Shown here in pieces: positions 39,637 through 48,372 of a stretch of 64,000 bases of DNA. This stretch comes from Planctomycetota bacterium (GTDB taxonomy: Bacteria; Planctomycetota; UBA1135; UBA2386). Position 1 is the stretch's first letter. Every line of letters starts with the position of its first letter. A model generated the notes under the pieces. It was not told where the DNA came from and ran no database searches. It saw only the letters and a program-made list of their open reading frames with translations. A program made the translations under genes and the position numbers. The stretch is taken from assembly GCA_046290465.1 (NCBI GenBank), contig JBKAGP010000001.1, positions 1,024,001-1,088,000 on the forward strand, read 5' to 3'.

Positions 39637-41790
39637 ATGCGCGAACGACTTCTGTTGGTTCCTCTCGCGGTGTTGCTGTGCTTCGTCGACGTCGTTGGCC
39701 AGGCGCCTGCGACCGCCGACGCAATCCAGCGCGCCATCGCGGCCGCAACGATGGTGCCGCTGCACACCCATCCGTCCGTCGCCGGCCAGCCGGACTACGG
39801 CTGGTGGGCCGGCGGTCCATCGTGGAAGGCGTCGTTCCACGACGGCCTCGCCTTCTATCCGTATCGCGGCAGCGAACGCGAACGGGTGCAGTTGCACTGG
39901 CGCACGGCGTCGATCACGGCGGGCGGCGAGGCGCTGCCGCTCGACGCGTGCGGCTCGTCGCAGACCGACGATTGCTACCAGACGCACTACCCGGGCGTGA
40001 CCGAGCTGTACGAGCTGAGCGAGCATGGCGTCGAACAGAAGTTCGTGTTCGATCGCCGGCCGGCACGGCCTGGCGCGATCGTGGTCACCGGTCGGCTGTC
40101 CGGCGACTTCGAGGTCGACTCGCGCACGGCGCGACACGAAGAACTGCTGTTCTGCGTCGACGGCGAACCGACGGTGCGCTACGGCAAGGCCTTTGCGATC
40201 GGCGCCGACGGCCGCCGGGTCGCGGTGCCGGCGAGCGTCGACGGCGACCTGCTGCGGCTGCACGTGCCGGCCGAGTTCGTCGCGGCGGCGCGCTTCCCGC
40301 TGACCATCGACCCGCTGATCGGCAACGCGCTGATCAACTCCAACTTCAACGCCTCGCCCGCGACCACGGTCGAGGTCGCGTGTTCGACCGAACTCGACCA
40401 GATGGTCGTCTCGTTCGTGCGCCAGTTCTCGCTGTTCGACCGGGATGCGTTCTCGCTGGTCGGCAAGCAGGACTTCACCGGGTTCACGTACCACTGGATC
40501 GAGAACAGCGCCAGCTACGGCGTCTCCGACCTCGACGTCGCCTACTGCCAGGGCCAACGCTCGTACGTGATCGCGTCCTATCGCGTGTCCGCGTTCGTGA
40601 CGATCCCGTTCGTCTACGTGCAGCGCGACGACCAGATGCAGAACAACGCCGGCACCACCACGCTGATCTCGACGCCGGTGGCGGGCTACTCGTGGACCGA
40701 GCCGTCGGTCGGCGGCGGCTACGGCACCTGCGGCAAGGCGCTCGCAGCCTGGAAACGGACCGGCTCCTCCCCCACGCAGATCGCGTGCTGCGTCGTCGAC
40801 TGCGCCAACCCTTCGGCCGTGCCGGCGTGGTTCGATCCGCACGGCGTGTCGACGCTCGACGACAGCGACCAGCCGGACGTGATGCCGATGACCAGGGACG
40901 GCTTGCCGTGGCGCGTCGTGTGGCGCAGCGAGGTCGGCGGGATCCACGAGATCCGCGCCGCCACCGTGTCGCAGTCGGGCAGCAGCCTGGGGTTCGTCGG
41001 CTACGACGGCACGGTCGCCGAGCTCGAGGCGCCACAGATCGCCGGCAGCTACGACGCCAGCGGCACGCTGCGCCAGGTGATGGTCTGGCAGCGCAACTCG
41101 TTGCTGCTCGACGCCGTGCGCGCCTACGACTTCTCGCTCAACCTGCCGATCCGAACCATCGCCAGCGGCCCGTCCCTGAGCCTGCGCGACGTGGTCGCCG
41201 ATCACCTCACCGGTTCGAACTTCCTGATGGCGTATTCGACCGTGCTCGGGCTCGTGCCGGAGATCTACGTCGCTCGCCTCGGCGGCACCGGGGAGGTCGT
41301 CGATTCAGAAGTGCTCGGTCCGTACGGCAGTGTCGGCATGTGCTTCGAGACCACCGGCGCACCGGACTTCCTGTTCGCCTACGACGACACCGGGCCGCTG
41401 CGGCAGATCCGCGGCGCGACGTTCGTGTATCCGGCCGACGCCGAGTCGGTGCCGTACGGCGCCGGTTGCGCGACGTCGACGCTGTCGGCGCCGTATCCGT
41501 TTGCTGGCAACCACAACTTCGCGGTCCACGTCGGCGGCCTCGCCCCCAACACCCTGCTGATCCTGGCGGCCGGCGTCGCGACCGCCAACGCCTCCCTGCA
41601 ACCGCTCGGCATCCCGTGCCCGCTGCTGGTGTCGCCAGTGGCGACCTTCGGCGCGGTCGGCGGCAGCAACGGCGCGACGTTCCCGATCCCGCTGCCGGAC
41701 GATCCGGCGTTCCTCGGCGACCTCTACGTGCAGGCGATCCTGCCGTTCGACATGCAGGCGACCGAGGGCCTGCGCATCCAGGTCAGGTAG
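39637..41790 (+). CDS. Secreted protein, tandem paralog A (+ shared C-terminal domain)
   Basis: Signal peptide, N-domain ending FPLTIDP, beta-rich middle, YGAGC C-terminal domain. Confidence 0.9.
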   Translation: MRERLLLVPLAVLLCFVDVVGQAPATADAIQRAIAAATMVPLHTHPSVAGQPDYGWWAGGPSWKASFHDGLAFYPYRGSERERVQLHWRTASITAGGEALPLDACGSSQTDDCYQTHYPGVTELYELSEHGVEQKFVFDRRPARPGAIVVTGRLSGDFEVDSRTARHEELLFCVDGEPTVRYGKAFAIGADGRRVAVPASVDGDLLRLHVPAEFVAAARFPLTIDPLIGNALINSNFNASPATTVEVACSTELDQMVVSFVRQFSLFDRDAFSLVGKQDFTGFTYHWIENSASYGVSDLDVAYCQGQRSYVIASYRVSAFVTIPFVYVQRDDQMQNNAGTTTLISTPVAGYSWTEPSVGGGYGTCGKALAAWKRTGSSPTQIACCVVDCANPSAVPAWFDPHGVSTLDDSDQPDVMPMTRDGLPWRVVWRSEVGGIHEIRAATVSQSGSSLGFVGYDGTVAELEAPQIAGSYDASGTLRQVMVWQRNSLLLDAVRAYDFSLNLPIRTIASGPSLSLRDVVADHLTGSNFLMAYSTVLGLVPEIYVARLGGTGEVVDSEVLGPYGSVGMCFETTGAPDFLFAYDDTGPLRQIRGATFVYPADAESVPYGAGCATSTLSAPYPFAGNHNFAVHVGGLAPNTLLILAAGVATANASLQPLGIPCPLLVSPVATFGAVGGSNGATFPIPLPDDPAFLGDLYVQAILPFDMQATEGLRIQVR

Positions 41791-41801
41791 CTGCGATCCC
41801 C

Positions 41802-43958
41802 ATGCTCCACCGTCCATGCATCCACGTGCTGTTCGCCGCCATGGCAGCAGCTTCTCCGTGCGCCCAGCAGACTGCGGACGATTCCGCCTCGCTCGACCGT
41901 GCGATCGCCACCGCGCGGCTGGTGCCGCTGCACACCCAGGCGGCCGTCGCCGACCAGCCGGACTACGGCTGGTGGGCCGGCGGCCCGTCGTGGAAGGCGT
42001 CGTTCCACGACGGCTTCGCCTTCTATCCGTATCGCGGCGGCGAACGCGAACGGGTACAGCTGCACTGGCGCACGGCGTCGATCACGGCAGGCGGCGAGGC
42101 GCTTGCGCTCGACGCGTGCGGCTCGTCGCAGACCGACGACTGCTACCAGACGCACTATCCCGGCGTGACCGAGCGGTACGAACTGCGCGAGCAGGGCGTC
42201 GAACAGAAGTTCGTGTTCGATCGCCGGCCGGCAAGGCCCGGCGCGATCGTGGTCACCGGCCGCTTGTCCGGCGACTTCGAGGTCGACTCGCGCACGGCGC
42301 GACACGACGAACTGCTGTTCTCCATCGACGATGAACCGACGGTGCGCTACGGCAAGGCCTTTGCGATCGACGCCGACGGCCGCCAGGTCGCGGTGCCGGC
42401 GAGCGTCGACGGCGACCTGCTGCAGCTGCACGTGCCGGCCGAGTTCGTCGCGGCCGCGCGCTTCCCGCTGATCCTCGACCCGCTGGTCGGCAATGCGCTG
42501 ATCAACTCCAACTTCAACAGCGCACCTGCGACCTCGATCTCGGTCGCGTGCTCCACCGTGCTCGACCAGATGGTGGTCACGTTCGTGCGCAAGTTCGCCG
42601 CCAACGACCTCGACGCCTACTCGCTCTCAGGCAAGAAGGACTTCACCGCGTTCACCTACCACTGGATCGACAACTCGGCCAGCTGGACGACGCCCGAGGT
42701 CGACGTCGCCTACTGTGCCGGCGAGCGCAGCTACGTGATCGCGTTCGTTCGTGCCGGCGGGTCGTTCGATCTCCCGTACCTGTATGTGCAGCGCGACGAC
42801 CAGATGCAGAACAACACCGGCGCGACCACGTCGTTCACGCTGGGAGTCCCCGGCAACCAATGGGCGGAACCATCCGTCGGCGGTGGCTACGGTTCGTGCG
42901 GCAAGGCGCTCGCGATGTGGACGTTCTCGACCGCCGGCAGCAAGCACGTCACGTGCGCCGTCGTCGACTGCGCCAACCCGCTTGGCGGCCTCACGTATTG
43001 GAATCCGAGCACCGTGCTCCCGTACGACGAAGCCGACCAGCCGGACGTGATGCCGATGACCAGGGACGGCCAGGCGTGGCGCATCGCCTGGCACGCGATC
43101 GCCGGCGGTGAGCACGAGATCCGCAGCGCCGACGTCGCGCAGAACGGCGGCACCTTCGGCCCGTTCATCCTCGAACGCACCGCCGCGACGATGGGCTCGC
43201 CGCAGATCGCCGGAACGATCACCAGCTCCGGCGGGCTCTCGACCGTGCTCGTGTGGGAACGCGCCGGGCCGTTCAACCCGGTGATCCGCATGACCGACTT
43301 CTCCCTGAACCCGCCGCGCACCATCGCGACGGGGCCGCTGCTGCGGCTCCGCGACCTGGTCGCAGACGCAACCACTGCCGCCAACTACCTGATGACCTAC
43401 TCGGCCGTCGTCGGCCTCAACCTCGATGTGTTCGTGGTGCGGCTCGGCGGCACCGGCAACGACGTGCAGACCGAAACCCTGGGTCCGTATGGCAGCGTCG
43501 CCATGTGCTTCGAACCGGCGGGAGAACCGGACTTCCTGATCGCCTACGACCATGCGGGGCCGCTGCGGCAGATCCGCGGCACGACGTTCGTCTATCCCGC
43601 CGGCGCGCAGTCGGTGCCGTACGGCTCGGGCTGCTCACCGGCTTCGCTGTCGGCGCCGTATCCGTTCGCCGGCAACCACAACTTCGAGGTCACCGTCGGC
43701 GGCCTGACGCCCAACACACCGGTGGTCCTGGCCGTCGGCGTCGCGGCGGCCAACGTCAGCCTGCAGCCGCTCGGGATCCCGTGCCCGCTGCTGGTTTCGC
43801 CGACCGTGACCTATGCAGCGGTCGGAACGGCTGGCGCCGGCGTGTCGTTTCCGATCCCGCTGCCGGACGACCCGGTGTTCGTCGGCGACCTCTACGTGCA
43901 GGCGATCCTGCCGTTCGCGTCGCAAGCTACGGCTGGGATGCGCATCCAGGTGCGGTGA
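41802..43958 (+). CDS. Secreted protein, tandem paralog B (+ shared C-terminal domain)
   Basis: Colinear with paralog A. YGSGC C-terminal domain. Confidence 0.9.
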   Translation: MLHRPCIHVLFAAMAAASPCAQQTADDSASLDRAIATARLVPLHTQAAVADQPDYGWWAGGPSWKASFHDGFAFYPYRGGERERVQLHWRTASITAGGEALALDACGSSQTDDCYQTHYPGVTERYELREQGVEQKFVFDRRPARPGAIVVTGRLSGDFEVDSRTARHDELLFSIDDEPTVRYGKAFAIDADGRQVAVPASVDGDLLQLHVPAEFVAAARFPLILDPLVGNALINSNFNSAPATSISVACSTVLDQMVVTFVRKFAANDLDAYSLSGKKDFTAFTYHWIDNSASWTTPEVDVAYCAGERSYVIAFVRAGGSFDLPYLYVQRDDQMQNNTGATTSFTLGVPGNQWAEPSVGGGYGSCGKALAMWTFSTAGSKHVTCAVVDCANPLGGLTYWNPSTVLPYDEADQPDVMPMTRDGQAWRIAWHAIAGGEHEIRSADVAQNGGTFGPFILERTAATMGSPQIAGTITSSGGLSTVLVWERAGPFNPVIRMTDFSLNPPRTIATGPLLRLRDLVADATTAANYLMTYSAVVGLNLDVFVVRLGGTGNDVQTETLGPYGSVAMCFEPAGEPDFLIAYDHAGPLRQIRGTTFVYPAGAQSVPYGSGCSPASLSAPYPFAGNHNFEVTVGGLTPNTPVVLAVGVAAANVSLQPLGIPCPLLVSPTVTYAAVGTAGAGVSFPIPLPDDPVFVGDLYVQAILPFASQATAGMRIQVR

Positions 43959-44073
43959 CGCGCGAGCTCGGCTCCGCCCACCGATCGCGTCCCCTCGCCC
44001 CATCCCCGGCGATGCCAGGCGATCGGCCAGGAACGCCACTCGGCGGCACGCGCGCACTGCCGGCGATCGCCGA

Positions 44074-44571
44074 CTAGAACCTCTTCACGATGCGCAGCAT
44101 GCGCGCCTGCGCCGCGTCGACCGAGAGCTGCTCCTGGGCCTCGTTGGCGAGATGCAGCGCGCCGGAGGCCAGCTTCGGCCGCACGATCCAGCGACCGCGT
44201 TGCTCGGCGAACGACTGGAGCTCCTGACGATGGCCTTCGAGCCATCGCTCGACGTCGGCCCCCTTGTCGGCACCGGGCTCGATGCGCAGCTCGGGCAGCA
44301 CCACCAGCAGGTCGCCCCGATCCTCGAAGATCGGCAGCAGCGCATCGCCGGCCTCGAGCGACGCGCGATCCTGGTCGACCAGCCCCCCTGCCGGCACGAC
44401 CGCGACGCCGCGCCGCGAACGCAGCGACTCCTGGATCTCGCGCTGCGCGCCGTCCGAGACCTTGCACGACGACGCACGGTGCTGGTCGACGGCGACGAAG
44501 TCCCGGCTCGGCGTCAGCTCGATGCGCTTGCCGTCCGCGTAGTAGTAGTCGCCCGAGTGCTGCTCGCTCAT
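44074..44571 (-). CDS. Stand-alone subtilase-propeptide-like protein
   Basis: ATGA overlap with the S8 stop. Motif-level similarity to the upstream S8 N-terminal region. Confidence 0.7.
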   Translation of the reverse strand: MSEQHSGDYYYADGKRIELTPSRDFVAVDQHRASSCKVSDGAQREIQESLRSRRGVAVVPAGGLVDQDRASLEAGDALLPIFEDRGDLLVVLPELRIEPGADKGADVERWLEGHRQELQSFAEQRGRWIVRPKLASGALHLANEAQEQLSVDAAQARMLRIVKRF

Positions 44572-46043
44572 GGATGGCGTCGCGCCAGCCACAGGGCGCG
44601 GTAGACGTTGAGTCTACCGTGACCGACGGTCGGGTTGGGGAACGACGATCCCCCGACGTGGTCGCAGCCGTCGACGATCAGCTGCCGCACCTGCTGCTCG
44701 TTGAGGTCGGGCCGCAGGCTCAGGATCAACGCCGCCGCGGCCGCGGCCTGCGGCGTGGCGCTCGACGTGCCGTTGAACGAGTCGGTCCACATGCTCGCCG
44801 AGTAGCCGCGGCTGCCGCGGATGTCCGCCGTCCGGATCCCCACTCCCGGGGCGACCAGGTCGAGCTCGGGGCCGTGGCTGCTGGCCCACCAGTTCTCCCC
44901 GTCGGCCGAGGTCTTCGTCTTGCGCTTGTCCCACTGGTTGCTGGCCCCAACCGTCAGCATGCCGGGCAGGTCGGCCGGGAAGCCGATGGCGACGTCCTCG
45001 TTGCCGGCCGCGACCGCCACGACCGCCCCCAGACCACCGCGCCCCTGCGTGCGCGCCCGCTCGAACGCGCGGATGATCGCGTCCGACGGCAGACCGCCGC
45101 CCCACGAGTTGGACAGCACGTCGCAGTTCTGGTCGTCCCACGACCAGTCGATCGCGTCGGCGGTGTCGAAGTCGTCGAAGATCCAGAAGCCGAAGTTGTC
45201 GCTCTTGGCAATGCGGACCCCGACGATGCTGACCCCGGGCGCGACGCCGCGGCGGTCGGCGTGACGTGATGCGATGATGCCGGCGCAGGCGGTGCCGTGC
45301 GCGTCGTCACGGTCCGGCCGAGCCGTCGCGTTGTTGTCGACGAAGTCCGCCTCCGCAACGACCGGAAGCCACGGGTGCGTCGAGTCGACGCCCTCGTCGA
45401 GAACGGCGACGCGGATCGCCGCGTCGCCTTCGGTGATGCTCCACGCGGCCAGCGCGTGCACGTCGGCGCCGGGCACTCCCGGAGAACCGTCGTTGCGCAG
45501 GTGCCACGACGACGTCGCCGTCGACGAACTCGGGGCCGGCCGCTGCACGGCGCGCAGCAGGTTGGGACTCGCCGACGCGCAGGTGCCGAGCTGGGTCAGT
45601 TCCTGGGCAGCATCGAACACACTGCGGATGCCGACCTCGTCGCCGTCGGGGGCCTGGAACAGGGACTTGTCGCGCCGTCCTCCCTGCACCTCGACGAAGC
45701 CCCGGTCGGCCAGCCAGCGCAGGGCGGCAGCCCGCGGTTGTTCGACGATCAGGCTCTGCGTCGGGATATGGATGACGCCGCGCTCGCCCTGCGGTGGCAC
45801 CACCATCAGGGCGTCCTCGCGGATCTCGTGGAAGCGCGCCTTCAGGCGCGATGCCTGGTGGTGCAGCGTCGCGGCGACCCCTGCGAGCGCCTGCTTCACC
45901 GGCGCCGACTTGCGCACCCCGCGCAGTCCCTGCGGGCCGGGGGACGACGGCCCGAACGAGGACAGGCTGCGCATGCGCAGTTCGACGGTCTTGCCGGCTG
46001 CCCGGAACTTCAACGAGAGACCCTTCTTGCTCTTGGTTGCCAT
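44568..46043 (-). CDS. S8 (subtilisin-like) serine peptidase, no signal peptide
   Basis: Catalytic triad VAVLDEGVD, HGTACAGII, FNGTSSATP; oxyanion AAGN. Confidence 0.95.
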   Translation of the reverse strand: MATKSKKGLSLKFRAAGKTVELRMRSLSSFGPSSPGPQGLRGVRKSAPVKQALAGVAATLHHQASRLKARFHEIREDALMVVPPQGERGVIHIPTQSLIVEQPRAAALRWLADRGFVEVQGGRRDKSLFQAPDGDEVGIRSVFDAAQELTQLGTCASASPNLLRAVQRPAPSSSTATSSWHLRNDGSPGVPGADVHALAAWSITEGDAAIRVAVLDEGVDSTHPWLPVVAEADFVDNNATARPDRDDAHGTACAGIIASRHADRRGVAPGVSIVGVRIAKSDNFGFWIFDDFDTADAIDWSWDDQNCDVLSNSWGGGLPSDAIIRAFERARTQGRGGLGAVVAVAAGNEDVAIGFPADLPGMLTVGASNQWDKRKTKTSADGENWWASSHGPELDLVAPGVGIRTADIRGSRGYSASMWTDSFNGTSSATPQAAAAAALILSLRPDLNEQQVRQLIVDGCDHVGGSSFPNPTVGHGRLNVYRALWLARRHP

Positions 46044-46047
46044 CTTG

Positions 46048-46899
46048 CTAGTTGCCTCCGAGCTGACGGAGAATGCGGTGCCGCGAGGCCACGCGCGCCG
46101 GATCGTGGGCGCCCGCCGCGGCCGCAGCGCCCGCCGCGGCCGGACCGGCACCACCCCAGTTGGGGAAGAAGCGGAGGTTGGTCTGGGCCTCGATCGTCGC
46201 GACATCGACGACGAGCTCGTCGAGCGGCGTCCACTTGTCCTCGTCCTGCTCGATGCGGAAGGCGACGACGTCGACGTTGCTGCGACGGTCCCACGGATAG
46301 CGGAACGGGTCGACGGTGATACAGAAGTAGGCGTCCGGGATCGGCACCTTCTTGCCACCCGCACGATCGAGCGTGTCGGGATCGTCCCCGAAGATCGGCC
46401 CGACGATGCACCACACGTGATCGCGCTCCGAGGTGTTCTCGATGTTGCGGATCGCGTTCTCGAGCTTGGCCCACACCCCGGTGTTGAGCGTGCCGCGCTG
46501 CGGACTCATGTTGGACATGAAGAACGTCTCCATCTGCGCGAGGCGCCCGAACTGCAGGTTGATGACCTCGTTCGGCACCATGTGCCCGACGTGGTAGGCG
46601 ATGTTGTTCTTCTTGCCGAACGTCTGCGGCCCGATGCGCTCCGCCGCCGCCAGGCGGGGATCGTCGTAATACAGATGGGGCCGGTCGTACTTCACGTCCC
46701 TGGTCGCGAGCGCGACCCGATCGGCCGTCCACGCGGGCTGCAGCCGCTCGGCGCAGTAGCCGACGACGAAGCCGTGGTTGACCAGGATCTGGATCGGACG
46801 CTGCGCATCCTGATTCTGTGGAGCGCCCTTGAAGACGATCAGGTCGATCAGGTGCGCCATCGGCTGGCTGCTCGGATGGATGGTCGTGTGGTCGGTCAT
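46048..46899 (-). CDS. DNA/RNA non-specific endonuclease (NucA/EndoG-type His-Me), no signal peptide
   Basis: YHVGHMVP, ETFFMSNMSPQ...LN.GVW..LE..IR, GPIF, VPIP..YF. Confidence 0.9.
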   Translation of the reverse strand: MTDHTTIHPSSQPMAHLIDLIVFKGAPQNQDAQRPIQILVNHGFVVGYCAERLQPAWTADRVALATRDVKYDRPHLYYDDPRLAAAERIGPQTFGKKNNIAYHVGHMVPNEVINLQFGRLAQMETFFMSNMSPQRGTLNTGVWAKLENAIRNIENTSERDHVWCIVGPIFGDDPDTLDRAGGKKVPIPDAYFCITVDPFRYPWDRRSNVDVVAFRIEQDEDKWTPLDELVVDVATIEAQTNLRFFPNWGGAGPAAAGAAAAAGAHDPARVASRHRILRQLGGN

Positions 46900-46937
46900 G
46901 GCGCGAAGTCACCGGGCGAATGGGGCGGCACGTTCCA

Positions 46938-46969
46938 CCAATTGGGAACCCACCCAATTGGGAACCCAC
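46938..46969. promoter_or_regulatory. Perfect tandem 16-bp direct repeat (CCAATTGGGAACCCAC x2), candidate operator
   Basis: 39-70 bp upstream of the nuclease start. Each unit contains the palindrome CCAATTGG. Confidence 0.6.
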
Positions 46970-47422
46970 TCCGACCAACGCATTCCCGCCGCCATACCTG
47001 ACAACTTTTCTCGCGATCCCGGCCCGCCCGGATCGCGAGCGGCGACGGGCGCACCGCTGGCACGATCTCGAGGCCGGCGCGCGCGATCTCGCCAAACCGC
47101 CGTAGCGACGTCTCGGCGGCATGCACCGCGTCGAGCGTGTCGACGTTCCACGCACGGGCTCTCGCCAGTGCCGCAAGTCGTTGCCGCCGCCCCTTGCGAG
47201 CAGTTCGATGCTACTGAAGGCCCCGCAGACGACCAGACAGGTCCCTGGCGCCGCGAAGCCGAACGGCAGGTCCTGCTCGTCGCGGCCCTCGGCGCCGTTC
47301 TCGCGTGACCGCCAGCGCAATTGCTGTTCCTCGCCACGGACTTGCCGAGACAGCAGCGGCAGCGGTTCGCCGGCCCGGCCGCGCGATTCCAACGGGTCGC
47401 GAGGTTAGCATGCTGCGCAACC

Positions 47423-48292
47423 ATGCATGACTCGCCGACCTCGCGCTTCCATTGCCGCTTGCTCGCCCTCGCCCTCGGCCTGCTGGTGACCAGTGCCTGC
47501 GGAACGACGACCCCGACGGTCGCCGCTGGTTCCAAGCTGGAAACCGGCATCGGGCTGACGATGATCCGGGTGGCTGCCGGCAAATTCTATATGGGGAGTC
47601 CGGAGTCCGAAGCCGGGCGAGATGGCGACGAGCTACGACACGAGGTGGAATTGACCGAGGGGTTCTGGCTCGGGCAGACCGAAGTCACGCAGGGACAGTG
47701 GCGAGCAGTGATGGGCACCGAGCCGTGGAAGGGGCTGGCCTACGAGCACAACCACGATCAGGTCGCGGCAACCTATGTGTCCCACGACGACGCGCTTGAG
47801 TTCTGCCGCAAGTTGACCGAACGCGAACGAGAGGCGGGCCGGTTGCCCGATGGACACCGCTTCACCCTGCCTACGGAAGCCGAGTGGGAGTTTGCGACGC
47901 GAGCGGGCTCGGACTCGCCCTACCCGTCTGGGGACGACGCCAGCGAACTGCGCGCGTTCGCCGTCTATCCGGGAGCCAGGGATGGCGAGCACGCCCATGC
48001 GGTCAAGGGCCGCCGCCCCAACGCCTGGGGATTCTACGATCTGATCGGCAACGTCTCCGAGTGGTGCGCCGACTCCGGCGCTTCCAAGGACGGCGTCGTC
48101 ACCAATACGTACACGCCTGGCGTGGTCGATCCGCTGGGGCTGGAGGGCCCGCTGCGCGTTCACCGAGGCGGCAGCTGGTATTCGCCCGCATCCGGCAGCC
48201 GGCCCGCGGATCGCAGCTGCGCGACCCCCGACCACGCCGACTTCCGGGTCGGCTTCCGCCCCGTTCTCACGCGAAGGCAAGAGATCAAGTAG
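47423..48292 (+). CDS. FGE-sulfatase domain (SUMF1-like) lipoprotein
   Basis: Lipobox TSAC. F.MGS, TEVTQ.QW, LPTEAEWE, PNAWG.YD..GNV.EW, RGGSW, GFR. Confidence 0.92.
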   Translation: MHDSPTSRFHCRLLALALGLLVTSACGTTTPTVAAGSKLETGIGLTMIRVAAGKFYMGSPESEAGRDGDELRHEVELTEGFWLGQTEVTQGQWRAVMGTEPWKGLAYEHNHDQVAATYVSHDDALEFCRKLTEREREAGRLPDGHRFTLPTEAEWEFATRAGSDSPYPSGDDASELRAFAVYPGARDGEHAHAVKGRRPNAWGFYDLIGNVSEWCADSGASKDGVVTNTYTPGVVDPLGLEGPLRVHRGGSWYSPASGSRPADRSCATPDHADFRVGFRPVLTRRQEIK

Positions 48293-48372
48293 ACAGCCGG
48301 CCAGGGCTGCCGGTTCAACGGATCTTGCCACGTGACTCGGCCACGAGGTGCTCGATGGCCGATGGCGCGCGG

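Noticed and set aside
39321..41801. Apparent 1545-aa single protein from 39321
   Set aside because: The first half is an off-frame read of paralog A; the real gene starts at 41802. The same applies to the 5' extensions of ORFs 30569, 29229, 35561, 9806-12505 and 1541-3619.
39637..43958. Paralog pair as DGR template/variable repeats
   Set aside because: No reverse transcriptase, both copies are full coding genes, and the differences are not adenine-specific
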